Shown: one piece after another, positions 56,420 through 64,000 of the stretch
Numbering within the stretch: the first letter of the stretch is position 1
Layout: each line of letters opens with the position of its first letter
Source: Myxococcales bacterium
Lineage (GTDB): Bacteria; Myxococcota_A; Polyangia; Fen-1088
Direction: 5' to 3'
Assembly: GCA_031423255.1 (NCBI GenBank)
Contig: JANPFD010000221.1
Coordinates: 11,520-75,519 of the forward strand
Length of the DNA stretch: 64,000 nt
Program-made: the position numbers and the translations under genes
Notes under the pieces: generated by a model
Seen by the model: the letters and a program-made list of their open reading frames with translations, nothing else
The model's database searches: none
What the model was told of the DNA's origin: nothing

Positions 56420-58582
56420 ATGTTCAGCGGCGGCGAGCCCAGGGAGCCGGTGATGCTGGGAGGCCTCACGGTCAGCGCCGATCACGTGGCGGCCGTCTCC
56501 GAGAGCGAACGCCTTGCCGTCCGCGCCGGCCGCCCACCGGGGTCTGCGGACGTGCTCATGGCGCTGGTCCGCGCTGGCGGCGCCGCGGCGCGTTTGCTGG
56601 CCGAGAGGGGGATCACCACCGCGAGGCTGGAGCCGTTCGCCGCGCGGGCGCGCCCCGAGGGCCGGTTCGATCTGGCGGCGCTGGAGACCACCAGCCGGGA
56701 AATCGCGGGGCGGCTCGGCGCGCGCCAGATCTCCTCGTTGCACCTGCTCCTGGCGCTGTTGCGCGCGGATGGCCCGGCCGCAGAAATGCTGCGGCTGGCC
56801 GGTCACGATCCCGGGAAGGTGCGCGCCCTGGTGATGCGGTCGTTGACTGGACCGACACGCACCGGCGGCGAACGATCGGCGACCCGCGCTGGTGAACCGG
56901 TCGAATCGGCGCCCGCACCGCTTCCGGCTGCCGCCGTGGCAGCAGAAGACGGATTCGAGCTCCTGCCCGTCGAGCCGCCGCGCACCCCCGTTCTCCACCG
57001 GGAGCGCGAACTCGGACGCTTGCTCGATCTCCTGCGGGCCCACACAGCGCGGGTGATAGCGATCGTCGGCGAATCAGGGTCCGGGCGAACAGCGCTCCTG
57101 TCCGCGCTTTCGGCGGCCGCCGCGGAGAAGCCGCTGGAGCCGGCGGGTCTCCTGCCAGCCGCGTCATCACCCGGGGGCCTCATCCAGGAGCTGCACCGGC
57201 GGGCACCGGCCGAGGCGCCCATCGTCCTGGACGCGGGCGCGTACCTCGGACCTGACGGCAGCGATGCTCCGGCGCAGCTGGTGGCGACGGCGCGCGGAGG
57301 GCGTCGCTGGATCCTGACGCTCACCCCCTCCGATCTCCGTCGCATCGAGCTCGGCGCTCCGGAGCTGGCCGTCGCGCTCGAGGCCGTGGCCCTGGCCCCG
57401 CTTGCGCCCGAGGCGCTGCTCGAACTGCTGGAGTCCGGACTCGACGCGCTGGCCGAGGCGACGGAGGTGTCGTTCGCGCCCGAGGTCTGTGGGGCTCTGC
57501 TTCGCCTGGCGTCGCGGTATCCGTCCGAGCGAGCCCAGCCGGGACGATCGCTGGGAATCGCCGAAGTCGCCGCGGCGCGCGCCGCCCGTCTCGGCCGCCA
57601 TCAGGTACGGAAGCAAGACGTGGCCGAGGTGGTGGCCGACGCGGCGGGCGTGCCCGCTGCCCAGTTGCTCCGGACCGACGACGAGCGCTTCCGCACCCTC
57701 GAGGCGCGCCTGGCCGAACGCGTGGTCGGACACGACACGGCCCGCGCCAGCATCGCCGACGTCCTCCGCCGGAGCCATGCCGGGTTCCGCGGGCGCCGTC
57801 CCCTCGCCTCGCTGCTGCTGCTCGGGCCGACGGGCGTGGGCAAGACCGAGACCGCGCGCGCGATCGCCGAGGCCCTGTTCGACGGCGAGGCGGCGCTGGT
57901 GCGCGTCGATCTGTCCGAGTACAGCGAGCCTCACGCCGTGGCGCGCCTCATCGGATCGCCGCCCGGCTACGTCGGGCATGAAGAGGGCGGCCAGCTGACC
58001 GAGGCGATCCGCCGCCGCCCGGCCTCCGTGGTATTGCTGGACGAGCTGGAGAAGGCGCATCGCGAGGTGCTGCTGCTCCTGCTGCAGGTCCTCGAGGACG
58101 GTCGCCTGACCGATGGCCGCGGCCGGAGCGTGGACTTCTCGGCGGCGGCGATCGTGATGACATCCAACCTCGGCAGCGAGTGCTACGGCGGCAAGCGCAC
58201 GCCTGCGTCCAGCACCGTGACCGCCGCCGCTCGCGGCCGCCTGCCCCCCGAGCTGTGGAACCGGATCGACGAGGTGCTTTGCTACGCCCCGCTCAGCGAG
58301 AGCGAACTCGGCGCCGTGGTGGCGCGCGTGGCCGTCGAGTCCAGCCGGCGCCTCGAGGCCGAACGCGGCATCTCCTTCCGCATCGATCGCAGCGTCGTCG
58401 ACCAGGTACTGCGCACCGAGCGCGACCGTACGCTGGGCGCGCGCCCCCTGCGCCGCGCCTTCGAGCGCACCGTCGAGGGACACCTGGCCGCCGAGATCCT
58501 GGCCGGCAAGATCCACCGGGGCGCCCGCCTCGAGCTCCACTGCGTGTCGGGCGACCTCGTGATCAGCGCTTCTTCTTCGTAG
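56420..58582 (+). CDS. Atypical Clp/Hsp100 ATPase (Clp-N repeats, degenerate NBD1, intact NBD2)
   Basis: HLLLALL Clp-N; NBD1 GESGSGRT; NBD2 GPTGVGKT, LIGSPPGYVG, LLDELEKAH, GARPLRR. Confidence 0.85.
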   Translation: MFSGGEPREPVMLGGLTVSADHVAAVSESERLAVRAGRPPGSADVLMALVRAGGAAARLLAERGITTARLEPFAARARPEGRFDLAALETTSREIAGRLGARQISSLHLLLALLRADGPAAEMLRLAGHDPGKVRALVMRSLTGPTRTGGERSATRAGEPVESAPAPLPAAAVAAEDGFELLPVEPPRTPVLHRERELGRLLDLLRAHTARVIAIVGESGSGRTALLSALSAAAAEKPLEPAGLLPAASSPGGLIQELHRRAPAEAPIVLDAGAYLGPDGSDAPAQLVATARGGRRWILTLTPSDLRRIELGAPELAVALEAVALAPLAPEALLELLESGLDALAEATEVSFAPEVCGALLRLASRYPSERAQPGRSLGIAEVAAARAARLGRHQVRKQDVAEVVADAAGVPAAQLLRTDDERFRTLEARLAERVVGHDTARASIADVLRRSHAGFRGRRPLASLLLLGPTGVGKTETARAIAEALFDGEAALVRVDLSEYSEPHAVARLIGSPPGYVGHEEGGQLTEAIRRRPASVVLLDELEKAHREVLLLLLQVLEDGRLTDGRGRSVDFSAAAIVMTSNLGSECYGGKRTPASSTVTAAARGRLPPELWNRIDEVLCYAPLSESELGAVVARVAVESSRRLEAERGISFRIDRSVVDQVLRTERDRTLGARPLRRAFERTVEGHLAAEILAGKIHRGARLELHCVSGDLVISASSS

Positions 58583-59528
58583 CCGCCTCGCCGCCGAACA
58601 GCGCCGCCATCTGCTGGATCGCCTTCGGATCGAGGTCCGGCACGCGCTTGCGGGCGATGCGCACCGTCTCGCGCCCAAGGCGGCGGTACAGATCCAGAAC
58701 CTCGGGCGCCGTCGCCTCCAGCGCTCCGATGTGGCGCTCGATCGAGCCGACGTCTCCGCGGACCGCCGGACCGGTCATCGCCGACGGCAACCCCACCTCG
58801 ACCACGTTTCGCACGGCGCTCGACATCAAGGGGAGCAGCGCGGGGAGCGCGTCCGCCTCGGCGACGCCGGCCTTGACCAGCAACGAGCGAGCGATGTCGG
58901 CCAGGGCCACCACGTAGTTCGAACCGACCACCGCGGCGGCGTGGTAGAGCGCCATGCTCTCGGCCGACAGGTCCAGCGGCCGTCCGCCCATCGCCTTCAC
59001 CAGCTTCCTGGCCACGCGCTTCGCCGCGTCGTCCCCCTCGATTCCGAAATAGGCGCCACGCAGGTTCTCCAGCGCGCCGGGGGCGTCGGTGACGGCGATC
59101 AGTGGATGAAGTGTCCCGATCCCGCGCACCGCCTTGCGCGCGGCCCCGAGCATCTCGGCCGAAGACTGGTTGCCCGAGGTGGCAAGCAACACCTGCTCCG
59201 GGCGCAGCCGCTTCTCCTCCACGAGTCGCTTGGCGATCTCCGGGATGCGGGCGTCGCGGACCGAGATGATCACCACGTCCGACTGCACGATCGCGTCGGG
59301 GTAGTCTCCCGACGATCCGAGCACCCCCGAGAGCGCGCTCGCCAGGTCGGACAGCACCGTCTGACGGCCGTGGAGGCCCGAGACCGGTACGCCGGCGCGC
59401 GACATCTTGCCTGCCAGCGTGGTTCCGACCACGCCGGCACCGATGATGAAGACGACCGGAGTGGGTTCGGCGGGACCTTCGGAAACGGCCCGGGCGACCT
59501 CGGACGACTCACTCGATTCACTGCTCAT
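58563..59528 (-). CDS. Rossmann-like plus DUF2520 domain oxidoreductase (PanG-like)
   Basis: IIGAGVVG, LHPL, LYHAAAV..SNY, TGPAVRGD. Confidence 0.85.
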   Translation of the reverse strand: MSSESSESSEVARAVSEGPAEPTPVVFIIGAGVVGTTLAGKMSRAGVPVSGLHGRQTVLSDLASALSGVLGSSGDYPDAIVQSDVVIISVRDARIPEIAKRLVEEKRLRPEQVLLATSGNQSSAEMLGAARKAVRGIGTLHPLIAVTDAPGALENLRGAYFGIEGDDAAKRVARKLVKAMGGRPLDLSAESMALYHAAAVVGSNYVVALADIARSLLVKAGVAEADALPALLPLMSSAVRNVVEVGLPSAMTGPAVRGDVGSIERHIGALEATAPEVLDLYRRLGRETVRIARKRVPDLDPKAIQQMAALFGGEAATKKKR

Positions 59529-60072
59529 TTGGGGTCCCCACATATAGCTTTCTTTCGCCGATGTAGTCGAGCACCGACCGTGGCACCAGCCCCTCGGGCC
59601 GCTCGCCGCGCGTCAGGCGCTGGCGCACCTCCGTCGAGCTGACCGCCGGCATCGCCAGCGTCCCGCCCGCGTGGCCCGTCCGTCCGACGACGATGAACCG
59701 CACCAGCTGCCGCAATTCGTCGGCGCCGTACCAGGAACCGAGCTCGGGCAAGAGGTCGGCGCCGACCACCAGCGCGAATTCGGTGCCCGGGTGGGTCGCC
59801 TTCAGGGACTGCACGGTGCGCAGCGTCCGGCTGTCACCGCCCAGCGTGCGCTCGCAGTCGCTGACCCGCGCGCGTGGCCCCAGCGCCGCCGCCGCGCGCT
59901 CGCACATGGCCAGCCGGTGCTCGAAAGCCTCCAGGGTCTTGTCGAATGGATGCTTGAACACCGGCACGAACCACAGCTCGTCGACCGGCTCGGTCTCGAG
60001 CACATGCAGCGCCGCCAGCTGATGGGCGACGTGCGGGGGATTGAAGCTCCCCCCGAAGAGCGCGACGCGCAT
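59518..60072 (-). CDS. nadD: Nicotinate-nucleotide adenylyltransferase
   Basis: FGGSFNPPHVAH, VGAD, W, VSSTEVR, VLDYI. Confidence 0.93.
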   Translation of the reverse strand: MRVALFGGSFNPPHVAHQLAALHVLETEPVDELWFVPVFKHPFDKTLEAFEHRLAMCERAAAALGPRARVSDCERTLGGDSRTLRTVQSLKATHPGTEFALVVGADLLPELGSWYGADELRQLVRFIVVGRTGHAGGTLAMPAVSSTEVRQRLTRGERPEGLVPRSVLDYIGERKLYVGTPNEQ

Positions 60073-60075
60073 CGG

Positions 60076-61278
60076 CTAATCGTACAAGAGATGAGCGCGG
60101 CGCCGTTCGTGAAACGTGCGCTCGGCGGGCAGCCACGTCGCGAACAGCTCCTCGGCCGGCAGGCCGCGCTCGATGCCCTTGCGGATGGAGTCGCCGCCCG
60201 TCAACAGATCGATGGCCGGGCGGTCGGAGACGAACTCGTACTTCTCGGTGCGCCAGCGGAACGCGTCCCCGCCCACGGCCCACAGCTCGCGCAGGATGGT
60301 GATGCCGGTGCGATAAGGGCGAAAGCTGGTGCGGTCCGCGATGTGAAGCTGGATCCCGCCGCACGATTGCCCGGCGAATTTGTGAAACGTCGGCGTGAAA
60401 CTCAGCGGACGGAAGCGCACGCCCGGCAGGTCGTAGGTGGACAGGCGCTCGGCCAGACGGTAGCCGTCGATGAACGGCGCGCCAATGATCTCGAACGGCC
60501 GCGTGCAGCCCCGCCCTTCGGAGACGTTGGTCCCCTCGATGAGGCACATCCCCGGGTAGACGAAGGCCGTGTCCGGCGTCGGCATGTTCGGCGAGGGCAG
60601 CACCCACGGAAGGGCCGTGGCCTCGAAGAAGTCGCGCCGCTTCCAGCCGCGCATCTTCACGACCTTCAGGTTGCAATCCACCGGCTGCGCAAACCGCTGG
60701 CCGCCCCAGGGAATACCGGCGCGGACCAGCTGGGCGATCTCCCCGATGGTCAGGCCGTGGCGCACGGGGATCGATGCCAGCCCCACGAACGATTCGGTCT
60801 CCGGCGCCACATCGCCCCCCTCGACCTCGACGCCGCCCAGGGGATTCGGGCGATCGAGCACCACCACCTCGACCCGCGCGCGGGCGGCGGCCTTCATGGC
60901 CAGCGCCATCGTCCAGACGTAGGTGTAGTAGCGGCTGCCCACGTCTTGCAGATCCACCAGCAATACGTCTATTTCCCCCAGTGCCTCCTGGGGCGGCTCC
61001 AGCGACTCGACGGCGTTGCCATACAGGCTGGTGACGGCGATGCCCGTGCGCCTGTCGCGCTCCCCGTCGACGCCGATCATGTCCTGGGCCTCGCCGCGCA
61101 CGCCGTGCTCGGGCCCGAAGAGGCGTGCCGGGCGCACACCGGCGGCGATCAGTCGATCCACCACGTGAACCAGATCGGAGGTGACGCTGGCCGGGTGACA
61201 CAGCACCCCGACCCGTCGTCCCTTGCACAGGTCCAGGCGCTCGGCGCACAGCACCTCGAGGCCCGTCGTCACCTTCAT
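60076..61278 (-). CDS. namZ: Exo-beta-N-acetylmuramidase (DUF1343)
   Basis: LFGPEHG, DLQDVGSRYYTY, LDRPNP, RHGLTIGE, PSPNMP, SEGRG. Confidence 0.88.
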   Translation of the reverse strand: MKVTTGLEVLCAERLDLCKGRRVGVLCHPASVTSDLVHVVDRLIAAGVRPARLFGPEHGVRGEAQDMIGVDGERDRRTGIAVTSLYGNAVESLEPPQEALGEIDVLLVDLQDVGSRYYTYVWTMALAMKAAARARVEVVVLDRPNPLGGVEVEGGDVAPETESFVGLASIPVRHGLTIGEIAQLVRAGIPWGGQRFAQPVDCNLKVVKMRGWKRRDFFEATALPWVLPSPNMPTPDTAFVYPGMCLIEGTNVSEGRGCTRPFEIIGAPFIDGYRLAERLSTYDLPGVRFRPLSFTPTFHKFAGQSCGGIQLHIADRTSFRPYRTGITILRELWAVGGDAFRWRTEKYEFVSDRPAIDLLTGGDSIRKGIERGLPAEELFATWLPAERTFHERRRAHLLYD

Positions 61279-61308
61279 GATGACCGAGGGTACGCGAGCC
61301 GGATCGGG

Positions 61309-62781
61309 CTAGCCAATTCTCACGGCGCGCAGGATCACGTCGGCGCCGCGGGTGAGCACCTGGAAGCGAACCACCTTGCAGCTCCACTTCTCGCGCAGGC
61401 CGGCCTCGGTCAGGCGCAACTTGGCCAGGAAGGCCTGGACGCTCACGCCGTGCGCGGGCTTGCCCAGCGACGCCAGGGCGTTCACGTACTCGCTGTACAC
61501 ACGCGTGTAATACGAAGGCTCGCTCTCCTGCCCCAGCGCGGTGGCGACGTTCGGAGGGGCCGTGCCATCGCCGGCCTCCATCTCCATCTGCTCCGCCTTC
61601 CACTCACGCGTCTGGCGGGCCTGCTCCTCCTCCTCGTCGACGGCGTCCTCGCTCGGCTCCTCGCGGCCCAGGAGCCGCGCCAGCATGACGTTGAGGCCGT
61701 TCTCCAGCCCCTCGAAGTCGGGGCCGACGGGCTTGAAGGTGAAGTCGATGTTGCCGTTGATGATCTCGCCGACGCCGACCTCGATCTCGTCGAGCGGGCC
61801 GAGGAACCGCTTGGCGGTCATCACCGATGCCCCCAGCGCCACGATGATCCCGACGAGGCCGAACAGCACGATGGCCATCCCCGCGTTCCGCGCGCGCCCG
61901 AAGCCGTCCGACACCGACGCCGCCAGGGCGACACCGCTGGTCTTGTCGGCGAAGTTCCCGGGGAACGGCGACGCGACGACCGCGTAGTCCTTGCCCTCGA
62001 TCGCCGCGTGAACCACCTCGGTCGGGGCGCCCTTCTGCAGAGCCTCGTCCGCCAGCTTCGCTCCACTGAACAGCACGGCCGAGATCGCCTGCGTCTTGCC
62101 GACGTCCTCCTTGGCGTTCTCGCCGGCCCCCTCCGCGATGAAGCTGGAGGTGTGTACCTTGCCGGCGTGGAAGTAGGCGATCTGGACGCCCAGCATGTCG
62201 TGCCGCTCCTGGGCCTTGCGCGCCGAGAGCACGTAGCCGACCAGGATCGCGCCCACGGTGGTCCCGTCGGGCTGGGTGATCGGCGCGACGCCGACTTCGG
62301 TCATGCGTCCCTGCAGCGTCCAGATGTCCTTGACCGGCTGCCCACTCTTGAGCGCTTGCGCCACCGCCGGGAACCTCGCGCGGTAGTCCTCGTTGAACTC
62401 GGCGTTCGGGTTCAGGTCACGGGCCAGCACCTTGCCACCCGCATCAAGGATGGCGACGATGTCCGCCTTGCGCTGCTCCTTCTGGAAGCCTGCGTTGAGC
62501 GTCTCGCACTCGGTGTACGCAGCCTGCCGACGCGTGGTGACGTCGGGCTTGTCGAAGATCGTGACCACGCTCTGCCGGCGCGCGCGGCCGGCCGCCAGGT
62601 TGGCCAGATCGATCCCGGAGAGGCGGCTGAGGTTCTGGTAGACGCGCTGGGCGCGAGAAACGCGCTCCTCGACGTCGCGCGTGGCGGCGCCCCGCAGGCT
62701 GGAAGTCACGGACACATAGAACAGAGCGGTGGCGACGAGAAGGAGCCCCGCGGCAATCAGGCCAATCTTCATCCGGTGCAT
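61309..62781 (-). CDS. Two-TM sensor-like protein (periplasmic Cache-like, HAMP-like, MXAN_5187-like C-terminal domain)
   Basis: TM, periplasmic domain, TM; PLDEIE..V HAMP-like; C-terminal VYSEYV...F..KL...VRFQV......LRA. Confidence 0.7.
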   Translation of the reverse strand: MHRMKIGLIAAGLLLVATALFYVSVTSSLRGAATRDVEERVSRAQRVYQNLSRLSGIDLANLAAGRARRQSVVTIFDKPDVTTRRQAAYTECETLNAGFQKEQRKADIVAILDAGGKVLARDLNPNAEFNEDYRARFPAVAQALKSGQPVKDIWTLQGRMTEVGVAPITQPDGTTVGAILVGYVLSARKAQERHDMLGVQIAYFHAGKVHTSSFIAEGAGENAKEDVGKTQAISAVLFSGAKLADEALQKGAPTEVVHAAIEGKDYAVVASPFPGNFADKTSGVALAASVSDGFGRARNAGMAIVLFGLVGIIVALGASVMTAKRFLGPLDEIEVGVGEIINGNIDFTFKPVGPDFEGLENGLNVMLARLLGREEPSEDAVDEEEEQARQTREWKAEQMEMEAGDGTAPPNVATALGQESEPSYYTRVYSEYVNALASLGKPAHGVSVQAFLAKLRLTEAGLREKWSCKVVRFQVLTRGADVILRAVRIG

Positions 62782-62894
62782 GTGGTCTCCTCCCCGTGTA
62801 GGCGCGGATTATCTGTACCTGCATTCGAATGGGTCAAGCAAGCGGCGCAACTCGAAAAATTGACTCCTCTGCTACATGGACCTACACATGGAAC

Positions 62895-63227
62895 ATGGGA
62901 GCAATCGCCACGCACTCGGACCGCCGCAGCGAAAGCCGCAAGCCAGTCGACGTCTTCGTGAACCGCTACCTCAACGGGCAGCCCTACCTGTGCCGGGCGA
63001 CGGACATCAGTCGCACCGGAATCCGGGTGATCCCTCTGCTCGAGCCGGTGGGGACGCCGCAGTTCATGGGGCTGCAGTTCCAGCTGCCGGGCTGTGACGA
63101 AGTGATCACCGCGTCCGGGGAGACGGTCTTCGGTACCTCAGGCGGTCCGGTCGGGATCCGTTTCACGCGGCTGGCCCCGGCAGCGGCCGCGGTGATCGAG
63201 CGGTTCCTTCGCCAGAACCTCGCCTAG
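62895..63227 (+). CDS. PilZ domain protein
   Basis: DRRSESR and DISRTG motifs, GIRF. Confidence 0.8.
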   Translation: MGAIATHSDRRSESRKPVDVFVNRYLNGQPYLCRATDISRTGIRVIPLLEPVGTPQFMGLQFQLPGCDEVITASGETVFGTSGGPVGIRFTRLAPAAAAVIERFLRQNLA

Positions 63228-63266
63228 CAGCTTCAAATTTTCGTTGTTTGATGCTAGTTCGTAAGT

Positions 63267-64000
63267 GTGGAGCAACCGAAGAAGCCGCCGGGACCGCCAC
63301 CGGGTGGTAACAAGGACATCGCCGATCTGAAGGCACGCCTCGGCCTGCTCAAGAGCCCCGCGCCAGGCGCACAGCCGGCGGCGCCCGCTCCGATGCCCGG
63401 CGCCGCCGCCCGGAGTGCTCCCACGCCGGCATTTGGCGCCCCGATGGCGCCGCCGCCCGGTGTTCGCACCGCGGGCAACATGGCGATGCCGGTCGCCGCG
63501 CCTCTGCCGCCCGCCCACGATCCCTACGTGACGATGAAGCCGCCCGCCGGCAAGCGCTTCGATCTGCGCGCCGTCGACGACGGCGTCCCCGCCGAGAACG
63601 TGCGCCAGCGTGGCGGAAAGGCCGGGGTCATCATCGGCGTCGTCCTGATGGTGGTCGGCGGAGGCATCGGCTATGGCTTCGGCGCCGCGGCCGTCGGCCG
63701 TCGCGCGTACAACAGCGCCAACATGGCGGCGAAGTCGGTGAAGACCGACCTCGAGCAGATCCAGAAGACGGTCGTCGAGATCGGCACCGCGGTCGCGATG
63801 AGCGGGCAGAGACTCCAGGGGGCGAAGATGGACCCGCTCTCCTTCGATCCGCAGCTGATCGAGGATCTGGCCAAAGTAAAGCTGGACCCGCGGCCGGACA
63901 CGGCGCGCGTCTTCAAGGTCGACTATTACCGACTGCCCGACATGGCTGTCGACCGGCTGATGAATTACTACTACGACACCATCGCTCTTTACGGCGAGGT
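63267..64000 (+). CDS. Hypothetical membrane protein, 3'-partial (not in the ORF track)
   Basis: Read manually from GTG: EQPKKPPGPPPGGNKDIADLKARLGL, Pro-rich region, TM GVIIGVVLMVVGGGIGYG; open to the window end. Confidence 0.75.
   Translation, partial: MEQPKKPPGPPPGGNKDIADLKARLGLLKSPAPGAQPAAPAPMPGAAARSAPTPAFGAPMAPPPGVRTAGNMAMPVAAPLPPAHDPYVTMKPPAGKRFDLRAVDDGVPAENVRQRGGKAGVIIGVVLMVVGGGIGYGFGAAAVGRRAYNSANMAAKSVKTDLEQIQKTVVEIGTAVAMSGQRLQGAKMDPLSFDPQLIEDLAKVKLDPRPDTARVFKVDYYRLPDMAVDRLMNYYYDTIALYGE

Noticed and set aside
59671-62961. 1096-aa plus-strand ORF
   Set aside because: Antisense to nadD, namZ and the sensor-like gene; no recognisable domain

Overview
High-GC, very compact chromosomal segment, most likely from a myxobacterium (Myxococcota). 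The assignment is inferred from a MYXO-CTERM-like tail, AgmX/PglI-like and MXAN_5187-like C-terminal domains and PilZ proteins. It holds about 60 CDS, mostly housekeeping or metabolic (rpmB, trpBA, hemE-hemH-hemY, mgtE, beta-oxidation genes, gap, queG, cstA, folD, phhA, iscS-mnmA, nadD, namZ). I recognised no rRNA, tRNA, CRISPR array, integrase or transposase. The most notable element is a ubiquitin-like sulfur-relay operon (7613-14373) whose MoeB/ThiF E1 enzyme appears split into two complementary genes. One is a catalytic subunit lacking the N-terminal RYxRQ arginine helix; the other is a 100-aa degenerate subunit that keeps that helix and the dimer helix, echoing eukaryotic heterodimeric E1s. 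Other points: a ThrC-like enzyme next to the sulfur carrier (possible homocysteine route), an atypical Hsp100/Clp ATPase, a GAPDH with Treponema/kinetoplastid-type signatures beside a PVC-type heme protein, and many apparently leaderless promoters. All calls come from manual motif recognition, not database searches.
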